This document shows, in pieces, positions 17,455 to 25,526 of a DNA stretch of 45,077 nt (within the stretch, counting starts at the first letter, position 1; every line of letters begins with the position of its first letter). Made by a program: the position numbers and the translations under genes. This stretch comes from an uncultured Candidatus Saccharibacteria bacterium (GTDB lineage Bacteria > Patescibacteriota > Minisyncoccia > Phycocordibacterales > UBA2100), in NCBI GenBank assembly GCA_964351105.1, contig CAYGMC010000002.1:11010-56086 (forward strand), written 5' to 3'. The notes under the pieces are model-generated. The model did no database searches, was not told where the DNA came from, and saw only the letters and a list, made by a program, of their open reading frames with translations.

Positions 17455-20430
17455 CTACAGACCGCATGTCATCGTCTTTTGCGGCTGTACAAAAGCGACT
17501 CTAGTATTGGTAGTGGTGTCTACGCCGAATGCTTTAAAGGTATGAGGTTTACCGTCTTTGAGACTTGCGGGGAATGGTGAGTAGATGCCGTGGTTGCCGG
17601 TGAGACCATAAGTGCTATTTACACCGGCATGTTTTGCATTGGCGACTGAACTATATACGGTCCCCTTCTCGTCTTCGATTCTGACGATGATTGAGGTGGC
17701 GGGAGCGTCTGGATCGTATGCCCAGCCCCAGAAGCTTGAGCAGTTGCCGTCGAGATAACCGAGAGGTGGGTTGTTGACTGGTGGTGGTGGAGAGCAGGTG
17801 ATGGTGCGAGGACCTTGTTGGAGCTCTCCTAACGTAGTCGTGCCTGTTGTGTCTACTCCATACACTTTGAGCGTGTGTGGTTTTCCGTCTTTCAAGCTCA
17901 ATGGGGTGGGTATGGAGAAGCCGTGATTCCCACTCACCTTCATGATGGTGTTTACATCGGAGCGTGAGGCGTTGGCCGCGGCTGATAGGAGGAATTTGTC
18001 ACCTTCGTACACATGAACAGCGATTGAGGTAGAAGCGGAATCAGGGTCGTATGTCCAACCCCAGAGAGCGGAGCAGGAGGCACCGTCGAAGTAGCCGACT
18101 GGAGTGTTGCTTTGTACGACAGGAGCGCAGGTGATGGTCTGGGGACTTCCCGTGAGCGGAGTAACACCGTTTCCGGTGAGATCAATGGCATACGCGGTGA
18201 GAGAATGCGGCTTACCGTCTCGCAAGCTTGCGGGTATGAGTATGGAGAAACCGTGATTGCCCGTGATGCCCTTTGCCGTGTTGATATCTGTGCGTAGTAT
18301 GTCTGCTCTGCCGCCAGCGCGGAAGGTGCTTCCTTCGTAGATGTGGATGTCGGTGGAGTGCGAGAGAATGTCGGGATCATACGCCCACCCTTTGATTGCG
18401 GTGCAATTTGCAGAATCGAGCTGTCCGACAGATGGTCTGGTGATGACCACGTTGCGTGTCAACACAAACTTTCGGTTGTTGGTAATGTCGCTCACTGTCG
18501 CGGTGAGCGTGTGCTCCCCTTTCACACTGGTGTTCGATGCTTCGTACTGAACGTAGTACCGTACGGACTCACCGGGCGCGAGCGTTCTCGTGCTTGACGG
18601 CAAAGGAGATTGTTGAAGTTTTATTCCTTCAGGGGAAGAAATGACTGTGTTAGTAGAAAACGTACTCGATGAGCATGCGATGCTATCGTTGTTAGTTACG
18701 GTAAATTGTAATTGTCCTTGGTCTCCCGGAGCGAGTGCGATAGTGGCATACACATATCTAAAATCAATCCCGACCCGTGTACAAGAGGGCGTCTTGAGCG
18801 TTACCTTAAAGGTTGCCAAAGACGATGATGCGCTCAAAAAATCTATTGCAATTCCACGTGAATCCCACAAAAATGTTTGTCCGGGCATAAGCGATTCTGC
18901 TTCGGCAGAGGGGTTTGTGGCGTAGTGTGCGTCGATGAGTCGAGGGTGCGGAAGTGGTTCGTCGTTTGCATGGACGACTTGATTGAAAAAGAGTCCCGCA
19001 GACGACGTGGGGAGTATCGAATCAAACCCGAGCGGCTGTCTAAACTCGACATAGAATGGTAGCGCAGAAGGGGTTGCGGGGTTGGTAATAACGGCTGTGC
19101 GTACACCGCTGTTCCCCTCGTATGGCGCAAGTGAGTACGTGCCGTCAGCCGTTATGTTGACTTTGGACGATGGATCAATCCATCCGAGTAAATCTTTATA
19201 AAATGCGTTGAAATGTCGGCCATTCGAAGCAAAGCCCATGACATCGTACGTGTTGCCAAATTCGAAATGCTGACAATTTATATCCAGCGAGGGGCCGGAG
19301 CAATCCCACGCGTTTGCTTCCCATACTCCCAGAGCGTGCCCCATCTCATGGGAGAGAGTGTAGTCAAAAATTGACATGTTTTTGTATGGAACTTCATTCA
19401 GAGGTGGAGGTGCTGTTCGAGTAAGGGAAAACCTATAATTTTTGCCGTCGATGATTACGTCTGATTTTCCTACGAATGAACAACCGTAGTTGAGACCGTT
19501 GATCAGCATCACAATTCTGCCGTATTGCGACAAATCTATTCCGTGTGTCTGAATATAATTTTTGATACTCGGATGTTCTGGGGTAATACTGATACCACTA
19601 CCACTGAAGCACATGTTTGGGTCGTACGCAGTAGTAATCCAGTCAGTCACATCACCTTCGAACGAGATTTTTCCATACGATTGCTCTTTGTAAAACGCTT
19701 GGAATTTGCCTGAGAAAATAATGTTCTTGATTTCTGCTGGAGAGAGTCCTGCGGGCATCCCCGGAGCAGTAACGAGCATGACCAGCGTCTTTTGGACGCC
19801 AGTGGCTTCAAGTATTGGCTGGTAGAGCACTTGCACTCCGGCAGGTCCCCCATCCGCGACGAGAGCCTCTCCGATCTGGTAGCCAGTAATCCTTACTTCT
19901 GTACCGGAAGAAAGCGCGGGTGCTGGAGCAAGATAGAGCGGATACGTAGTAGAATTCGCGCGAACAAAATATCGGAGCTGTGAATTCTTAGGGTTTTTAA
20001 AGTCGTCAGCATACGTAACGGTTGTTTTGCCATCGAGCGTTACTCCTTTCTCACTTACCGCCTGTGAGGCAGGCGATAGTTGGGCAAAGATAGATGACGG
20101 CATCACGTTCTGTAGGAAAGTTGCAGTATCTTCTTTTGCGATGGTTTTCATGAGCACACCTCTTTTGGTCGCGATTTCTAATTGCAGTGCTGAATCTGAC
20201 GGTGGTGCATGTAGCATCAAAGTCGTCGCGCCACTCGTACTACTAATGGCGTTTGTATTTTTGATTGTCGCGTACAAAGCATTCGTAAGCGTTTGCAGTT
20301 CTTGTAGAGAAGAAGCGGAGGTGGATTGCATTTCACTGGCCAAAAGCGGACCCGGTATTAAAAACGCCAAAAAGAGGAGCACGGTATTCCCTACCCTTAG
20401 AATCGTCCCTTTTTGAGGGCATCCTTGCAT
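17455..20430 (-). CDS. Large secreted HExxH metalloprotease-like protein with 3 C-terminal copies of the ~100-aa Cys-bounded module; paralog of 30445-34146
   Basis: Signal peptide VLLFLAFLIPGPLLASE. The block GVQKTLVMLVTAPGMP..FYKEQSYGKISFEGDVTDWI and LSHEMGHALGVWEANAW are collinear with the 1233-aa protein. The protein ends ..TMTCGL. Confidence 0.85.
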   Translation of the reverse strand: MQGCPQKGTILRVGNTVLLFLAFLIPGPLLASEMQSTSASSLQELQTLTNALYATIKNTNAISSTSGATTLMLHAPPSDSALQLEIATKRGVLMKTIAKEDTATFLQNVMPSSIFAQLSPASQAVSEKGVTLDGKTTVTYADDFKNPKNSQLRYFVRANSTTYPLYLAPAPALSSGTEVRITGYQIGEALVADGGPAGVQVLYQPILEATGVQKTLVMLVTAPGMPAGLSPAEIKNIIFSGKFQAFYKEQSYGKISFEGDVTDWITTAYDPNMCFSGSGISITPEHPSIKNYIQTHGIDLSQYGRIVMLINGLNYGCSFVGKSDVIIDGKNYRFSLTRTAPPPLNEVPYKNMSIFDYTLSHEMGHALGVWEANAWDCSGPSLDINCQHFEFGNTYDVMGFASNGRHFNAFYKDLLGWIDPSSKVNITADGTYSLAPYEGNSGVRTAVITNPATPSALPFYVEFRQPLGFDSILPTSSAGLFFNQVVHANDEPLPHPRLIDAHYATNPSAEAESLMPGQTFLWDSRGIAIDFLSASSSLATFKVTLKTPSCTRVGIDFRYVYATIALAPGDQGQLQFTVTNNDSIACSSSTFSTNTVISSPEGIKLQQSPLPSSTRTLAPGESVRYYVQYEASNTSVKGEHTLTATVSDITNNRKFVLTRNVVITRPSVGQLDSANCTAIKGWAYDPDILSHSTDIHIYEGSTFRAGGRADILRTDINTAKGITGNHGFSILIPASLRDGKPHSLTAYAIDLTGNGVTPLTGSPQTITCAPVVQSNTPVGYFDGASCSALWGWTYDPDSASTSIAVHVYEGDKFLLSAAANASRSDVNTIMKVSGNHGFSIPTPLSLKDGKPHTLKVYGVDTTGTTTLGELQQGPRTITCSPPPPVNNPPLGYLDGNCSSFWGWAYDPDAPATSIIVRIEDEKGTVYSSVANAKHAGVNSTYGLTGNHGIYSPFPASLKDGKPHTFKAFGVDTTTNTRVAFVQPQKTMTCGL
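17464..18432 (-). repeat. Three tandem ~100-aa Cys-bounded modules
   Basis: These are aa 667-768, 776-879 and 888-989 of the 991-aa ORF. Each begins ..G(Y/Q)(F/L)D..C and ends T(I/M)TC. Confidence 0.8.
17666..17808. repeat. 143-bp stretch 100% identical to 12782-12924
   Basis: See the partner entry at 12782-12924. Confidence 0.95.
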
Positions 20431-20436
20431 GTCTCC

Positions 20437-20465
20437 ATGATACCATGCTTATAAGATTATTGCAA
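20437..20465 (-). promoter_or_regulatory. Sigma70-like promoter: TTGCAA, 17-nt spacer, TGGTATCAT, then 6 nt to the ATG of the 991-aa gene
   Basis: The minus strand reads TTGCAA-TAATCTTATAAGCATGG-TATCAT-GGAGAC-ATG(20430). The -35 box is at 20460-20465 and the -10 box at 20437-20442. Confidence 0.45.
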
Positions 20466-20556
20466 GGCACGTGCCATTGACATTCTCCCTCGTTCATGCC
20501 ATCCTTAAATATGGGTGGACACCCGTCCCTCCATAGCTCCAACTGGGGATATACTC

Positions 20557-20919
20557 ATGCGCACAGTTTTATCGTTGGTTCTTGCCGCTTTCCTTCTCGC
20601 GGGATGCGCGGGAATTCCAGGCTCCCCCGCCGAGACGTCTGGGCCTGACGAATGGCGGTGGTTCAGGGTCGATGTTGTAGCCCTAAAGGACGACCTTAGA
20701 TACGGCGCTAGGTCGTTCTGCGATTCTGGAACCTCACGCGAGCAAAGTGCTTGCAGGGAGGGCTACTGGCTCCTTCGAGACCAACTGGAGCGTATACACG
20801 GTCAGCTGTATGACGGCGATATCGTGGCTTTACGCAAGTGGTATCAAGACGTGCAACGTCAGGCCTGCGACATGTTCCGCGAGGCGGACTTTCACCGAAT
20901 CGCCTGTCGCCGCCTCTGA
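20557..20919 (+). CDS. Small hypothetical lipoprotein
   Basis: MRTVLSLVLAAFLLAGCAG is a signal peptide with the lipobox LAGC. I recognised no other motif. GC content is visibly higher than in the flanks. This is one of the few plus-strand genes in the region. Confidence 0.55.
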   Translation: MRTVLSLVLAAFLLAGCAGIPGSPAETSGPDEWRWFRVDVVALKDDLRYGARSFCDSGTSREQSACREGYWLLRDQLERIHGQLYDGDIVALRKWYQDVQRQACDMFREADFHRIACRRL

Positions 20920-20939
20920 CATTCAAGGGCGACCAAAAT

Positions 20940-20987
20940 CGGCCTGGGGCAGACTACTCGCCCTGGGCCGTTCCGTTTTATATTTTC
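20940..20987 (+). terminator. Rho-independent terminator between the convergent lipoprotein gene and ftsW
   Basis: An 11-bp stem, CGGCCTGGGGC / GCCCTGGGCCG, includes two G-U pairs and a 9-nt loop. It is followed by TTCCGTTTTATATTTTC. On the minus strand it is followed by GATTTTGG, so it may act in both directions. Confidence 0.6.
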
Positions 20988-21026
20988 AAAACTAGTCTCA
21001 AATTCCCCTCGGCACACAAGTGCTTT

Positions 21027-22136
21027 TTATGTACGGGTGCGGGAGATGTTGAGGAGGATGCCAGCGGAGGCGAGTGCGACGAGCATGGCAGAGCCACCTT
21101 GGGATACAAAGGTAAGTGGAATACCGGTGAGAGGCGCGATACCGAGCATGGCCGCGATGTTGATAAACGCTTCGCCAATGAGGTAGCATGAGATACCGAC
21201 GCCAAGATATGTGCCAAAGAGATCGGGAGCGCGCGCGGAAATGGTAAATCCACGAAGCGCGACCCCGAGAAAGAGGAGTATTAATACCACGGCACCAACA
21301 AAACCAAGTTCTTCACCAGCGACTGCAAATATGGAATCACCCATCGGTTCGGGCAAATAGGTAAATTTTTGTATCCCCTGCCCCAAGCCGCGTCCCAAAA
21401 AACCACCGGAGCCGATTGCCACCAGCGCCTGCTTTATTTGATAACTTTCTGCCTGTTGTCCCTGTGATGGATTGAGGAATGTCATCACGCGGTCGCGGAC
21501 ATATGGTCGCACCGATGCTACGAGCGCAATCGTGAGAATAGCGATACACAAAGCGATGGCAATGTCGCGGACCCGACCTCCGGCGGCCACGAACACCGCT
21601 CCAATGCCGGCGATGACCACACCTAGGGTTCCCATGTCGGGCTGAAGAATGAGCAGTATCGCGGGGCCCGCGAGAATAGCAAAAAGTCCACCAAGTCCAA
21701 AACGAATGTCGCTAATCTTTGTCTTTATCATCGCAAAATACGCCGCGGCAAGCATAATGCCCGTGATCTTCAGACCCTCGGATGGTTGGAGCGAAAAATT
21801 GAGAATGTAGATCCACCGGCGACCACCTCCGTGCATCACGCCGATCTGTGGCACGAAAACGAGGGCCGTTACCAGGAGTGCGAGAAGAAAAAGGTATGGA
21901 GCAAAGGGGCGCCACCGCCGATAATCAATATGTGCGCCGATAACAAGCAATATGGTACCGACACCCACACCGAGTACGAGATGATTGAAAGCGACCGAAG
22001 ACATACTTTCTGCCCCCCGCGCAAGCAATCCAAACGCGGCCGAGGCAAATATCAACGCCCCAGCCAAGACCAATGCCCCGATGAGGAGGGCGAGTGGCTT
22101 GTCGATATGTGAACGCTTGGCAATCACAAATATCAA
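21027..22136 (-). CDS. ftsW: FtsW/RodA/SpoVE (SEDS) family peptidoglycan glycosyltransferase
   Basis: About 10 TM helices, with ..LQPSEGLKI.., ..QPDMGT.. and ..FTYLPEPMGDSIFAVAGEELGF.. motifs. The ORF-track start at 22193 (TTG) overlaps mraY by 61 nt. A TTG at 22136 forms a TTGA overlap with the mraY stop and keeps the first TM helix. Confidence 0.88.
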   Translation of the reverse strand: MIFVIAKRSHIDKPLALLIGALVLAGALIFASAAFGLLARGAESMSSVAFNHLVLGVGVGTILLVIGAHIDYRRWRPFAPYLFLLALLVTALVFVPQIGVMHGGGRRWIYILNFSLQPSEGLKITGIMLAAAYFAMIKTKISDIRFGLGGLFAILAGPAILLILQPDMGTLGVVIAGIGAVFVAAGGRVRDIAIALCIAILTIALVASVRPYVRDRVMTFLNPSQGQQAESYQIKQALVAIGSGGFLGRGLGQGIQKFTYLPEPMGDSIFAVAGEELGFVGAVVLILLFLGVALRGFTISARAPDLFGTYLGVGISCYLIGEAFINIAAMLGIAPLTGIPLTFVSQGGSAMLVALASAGILLNISRTRT

Positions 22137-23194
22137 TGTGCCGCGAGTGCGACTATGACGCCGGCAAAGGCTAGAATGATGGACAAAACCCAATACCGCA
22201 TGACGACTTTATACGCGGGCCATCCGAGCGCCTCAAAATGATGGTGAAGGGGGGCGATGCGAAAGAGTTTTCTGCCGAAAAATCGTTTGGAAATTATCTG
22301 GAGTATATCGGAGAGTACTGTAAGCACGAGTATTGCTCCCACAATCGGTAAGACTGCAACGCCAATACCACCACCGAGAGTATCTGTCATAAATACAACG
22401 ACTGAAAGAGCGAGCGTGAGTGCCATAGTGCCGGTATCGCTCATGTAGAAGCGCGCAGGAGGAATGTTGAACCACAGAAAGGCAAGCAAGCCGCCCAGAA
22501 CGGCGGCGCAAAAAGCGGCTAAATCGAACTGCTGTTCGCTGAAAGCGATAATAGTGTACGAAGCGAATATTGAAGCAAATACGGCGCCGGAAAGTCCATC
22601 AATCCCATCAATAACTCCAGAAGCATACAGTGCAAGTGCGACCATCACAAAAAGCGGGACGATAAGCCACCCAATCTCAAACGGTCCGTGGAACGGAATT
22701 TCAATCGCTGAGACCCCCAACTTTGCCCAAAACCACCACCCTGCAAAAAGCGAGAGCGCAAGCACGATTACTACGCGCAAGCGCAAAGGAAGTCCCCTGC
22801 CACTTGGCCGAATGACCAAAAGATCGTCGGCAAGTCCTACAATTGCTCCGACGATGAGTGCAGTAAACGGCAACCACGTTTGACTTCGTGTTAAGAAATT
22901 TAAATTTTCAAATAGTGTTGATGACGTAAGATTGGCAAGAAGGGCAATGCCAAGCGTAGTGAGACCCACACTCGCCCAGATAACGATACCTCCCATGCGT
23001 GGCGCGCGCGTTTCGTTCTTTTCGTGCAATTGATTAAATGTATGAGCCGGAGTCCCATCAAGACTTTTTTTGCCCGGAGTTTTCTTCCATGCACGGTACG
23101 AATAGAGATAGTGGGTCACAATCGGCGTAATACATATACCAATGACAAACGACGCGATTGCTGGAGTGAGTACTTGTATGGTCGGTGAGAGCAT
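22133..23194 (-). CDS. mraY: Phospho-N-acetylmuramoyl-pentapeptide transferase
   Basis: Contains GLADDLL, DGIDGLSG, NIPPARFYMSDTGTMALT and APLHHHFE. Confidence 0.93.
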   Translation of the reverse strand: MLSPTIQVLTPAIASFVIGICITPIVTHYLYSYRAWKKTPGKKSLDGTPAHTFNQLHEKNETRAPRMGGIVIWASVGLTTLGIALLANLTSSTLFENLNFLTRSQTWLPFTALIVGAIVGLADDLLVIRPSGRGLPLRLRVVIVLALSLFAGWWFWAKLGVSAIEIPFHGPFEIGWLIVPLFVMVALALYASGVIDGIDGLSGAVFASIFASYTIIAFSEQQFDLAAFCAAVLGGLLAFLWFNIPPARFYMSDTGTMALTLALSVVVFMTDTLGGGIGVAVLPIVGAILVLTVLSDILQIISKRFFGRKLFRIAPLHHHFEALGWPAYKVVMRYWVLSIILAFAGVIVALAAH

Positions 23195-23237
23195 GCCCTA
23201 TTGTACGTTCTCTTGCGAGCGAGACCAAATGCCGTTT

Positions 23238-24230
23238 TTATTGCACCAGAGCCTCTTTGGTGAGAGCGACGAGCGTTTTCATATCTTCAAATCGACCAGC
23301 CATGGTCGACCCGAGCACTACGGCAACGATACGATGTCCTGCTTCGTCAAACGTAACTGCAAGGTTTCCTCCGGCGAGGTCCGTATACCCTGTCTTTCCC
23401 ATGACAATGCCGGTTATGGCGGGAAGTGCTTCATCCGTGTTGATGGCAGATGTTTGCGCTCCGTCAATCGACTTCATTTTGAAACTTTCCTTGGTGGTGG
23501 CGGAAAATATATGGGGAGAGGATGAGGCAGCGTACGCAAAAAGCGTCGCCACATCGCGCGCTGACCCAAATGCGCCTGCTTGCGTCGGACTTTCGTCGAG
23601 TCCCGTCGTATTAAGGAAATAGGTGCGAGACAAATTGAGTTCGCGGACAAGTTTGTTCATTCTCCAGAGCGTTGCATCTGTATCAGGAGCAGTCGGATAT
23701 CGAGCTTGTATGAACGAGTCTGCCGCGCGCGCGAGAATATCTGCTCCCGCATTTGATGAAACAGCCAAGGTAAAATCAATCACATCGCGCACTTTCCATC
23801 TCTGTCCTTCTCCAAGACGCTGAAAACTTCCTTCAGGGGCAGTGTCGTACGGAATGGTAAGCACAAGGTCCGGCTCGAGTACTTGCGACGCGGCGAGAGC
23901 AAGTGCCACTTTGGTGAGTGAAGCAAGCGGTAATTGAATATCCGCACGGTGTTCAAAGAGCGTTTGACCAGTTGTTGTGTCCACTACGATCGCACTCTGT
24001 GCCTGCAACTGTATATCTGCAAAAACATCAGTGCTTGGAGATGGTACCGGCACAACAGCACTGGCTGTCTGCGCATATAAAGCAGGCGTCGTTGTTTCAG
24101 ATAAATAGCTCCACGTAAATGCAGTAGTGGCGCAGAAAATCAGAGCAAGAACGAGCGTCCCGATGATATTTTGTCCTGTAAACACCGATGAACTCAGCGT
24201 CTCCTCAGGTATCTGCGGTGTCTCGGTCAT
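23238..24230 (-). CDS. D-alanyl-D-alanine carboxypeptidase (S11, PBP5-like)
   Basis: Contains SxxK (ASLTK), SxN (SSN) and KTG (GKTGYT) in the correct order, plus an N-terminal TM anchor. The ATG at 24230 is preferred over the TTG at 24239. Confidence 0.82.
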   Translation of the reverse strand: MTETPQIPEETLSSSVFTGQNIIGTLVLALIFCATTAFTWSYLSETTTPALYAQTASAVVPVPSPSTDVFADIQLQAQSAIVVDTTTGQTLFEHRADIQLPLASLTKVALALAASQVLEPDLVLTIPYDTAPEGSFQRLGEGQRWKVRDVIDFTLAVSSNAGADILARAADSFIQARYPTAPDTDATLWRMNKLVRELNLSRTYFLNTTGLDESPTQAGAFGSARDVATLFAYAASSSPHIFSATTKESFKMKSIDGAQTSAINTDEALPAITGIVMGKTGYTDLAGGNLAVTFDEAGHRIVAVVLGSTMAGRFEDMKTLVALTKEALVQ

Positions 24231-24804
24231 GGTGGTCAAATGGCGTTAGTGACTTCTCAAAATTTTCTAATTCGCTTCGAATTGTAGCATAGTCGGGCAA
24301 TTCACTGACGGCGCGTACCCCCAAGTGCGCAAGCAGGTCTGTCGTGGGACGATAGAGATACTCGCGGGCGTCTGCGGGGTTTTGTTCGCGCTCAATGAGT
24401 CCTCGCGAAAGAAGTAGTCTGATGGTCGATCCTGTATTGACACCTCGAATATGATCTATGTGCGCACGCGTGGAGGAGCCGCGATAGAGAATAATCGCCA
24501 ATACTTCAAGGCCAGCGTTGCCAATATCGCGATTGAGTGCCTCCTCAAAGACCTTTCGTACGGTCTCGGCTGATCGAGGAGATGTGGCAAGCGCAACGTC
24601 GGAATCTGTTCTAATGACGCACATGCCAGTTCCTTCAAGAAAGTTCGCCAACTCTTCGACCGCTCGAACAGTGGCGGATTCGTCGACCCCAAGAAGTGTT
24701 GAAAGTTTGCTGATAGAAAGTGAACCACCTTCGGCAAAGAGAAATGCTTGTGCATTCGCCGCGTTGTCGCTCAACAATCGTTTTATATCTGGCATATATC
24801 TCAT
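24205..24804 (-). CDS. scpB: Segregation and condensation protein B
   Basis: Two winged-helix repeats, ..LSISKLSTLLGVDESATVRAVEEL.. and ..LEVLAIILYRGSSTRAHIDHIRGVNTGSTIRLLLSRGLI... An ATGA overlap joins it to scpA. Confidence 0.88.
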   Translation of the reverse strand: MRYMPDIKRLLSDNAANAQAFLFAEGGSLSISKLSTLLGVDESATVRAVEELANFLEGTGMCVIRTDSDVALATSPRSAETVRKVFEEALNRDIGNAGLEVLAIILYRGSSTRAHIDHIRGVNTGSTIRLLLSRGLIEREQNPADAREYLYRPTTDLLAHLGVRAVSELPDYATIRSELENFEKSLTPFDHHDRDTADT

Positions 24805-25526
24805 CCGAAGCGCGGAGCCCCAAGATGTTCTAATTCTATCGTAATATCAGAAAAAAGTTTGTCTTGCATGACCGAGGCCGATCCGGCTCTGACGAGCTCA
24901 AGTATTGCAAGAAAATGCACGATAACTTCGTGGCGATCCGATGACTTGGTGAGGTCAGAAAATTGCGCGCGAATTGCCAGCGACAATTTTTCGTGAACGG
25001 ATCTAATCACGTCCTCAAGAGCAACAACGGGAGCAACAAGCGCCTCCGTGAGTTTTGTCGATTTAGGAAGACTCCTCATGATGCGGCAGGCTGCCTCGGA
25101 CAAAGATTCGATATGTGCCTCGCCAGCGTTAAATATCACCGGCCGCTGGGGCGCGCTTTCGCTAAAGAGGAGTGGGGAAATGCCCCACGCGCTTCGCAGT
25201 ACTTTTGCGGCTTTGCGCACGAGCGCATAGTGGGCGAGTCGTCGTTCTAGCTCATCCACGCCTTCCTTCTCATCCGAAGTAAGTTGAAGCGATGGGAGGA
25301 GAGACCGTGATTTAATCAGCAAAAGAGTGGAAGCGACCAAGATAAATTGCGACGTTTCGCCGAGCGGTAATTGCGGCAAACTTTCGATGTGGGCGAGGTA
25401 GGCATCGCACACCTCTGCGAGCGACACAGTGGTAATCGAAAGTTTTCTTGATTCGATAAGGTCAAGGAGTGTTTCGAGAGGTCCCTCGAATGTCGGTGTC
25501 GAAAGTGTGAAGAGCGCGGTGTTCAT
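24801..25526 (-). CDS. scpA: Segregation and condensation protein A (kleisin)
   Basis: FEGPLETLLDLIESRKLSITTVSLAEVCDAYL is a typical ScpA N-terminus. It sits upstream of scpB. Confidence 0.88.
   Translation of the reverse strand: MNTALFTLSTPTFEGPLETLLDLIESRKLSITTVSLAEVCDAYLAHIESLPQLPLGETSQFILVASTLLLIKSRSLLPSLQLTSDEKEGVDELERRLAHYALVRKAAKVLRSAWGISPLLFSESAPQRPVIFNAGEAHIESLSEAACRIMRSLPKSTKLTEALVAPVVALEDVIRSVHEKLSLAIRAQFSDLTKSSDRHEVIVHFLAILELVRAGSASVMQDKLFSDITIELEHLGAPRFG

Noticed and set aside
12580-18432. Diversity-generating retroelement (template/variable repeat pair) as an explanation for the near-identical repeats in the surface proteins
   Set aside because: The 143-bp core is perfectly identical, and mismatches in the flanks are not confined to adenine positions. 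Both copies are in-frame coding modules. No reverse transcriptase or accessory (Avd-like) gene is present in the window.
20506-20556. TATACT box 1 nt upstream of the lipoprotein ATG and TTGACA at 20477 as its promoter
   Set aside because: The geometry is wrong. The -10 box is too close to the ATG for even a leaderless start, and the TTGACA lies 23 nt or more from any -10-like hexamer. The promoter of this gene remains unidentified.
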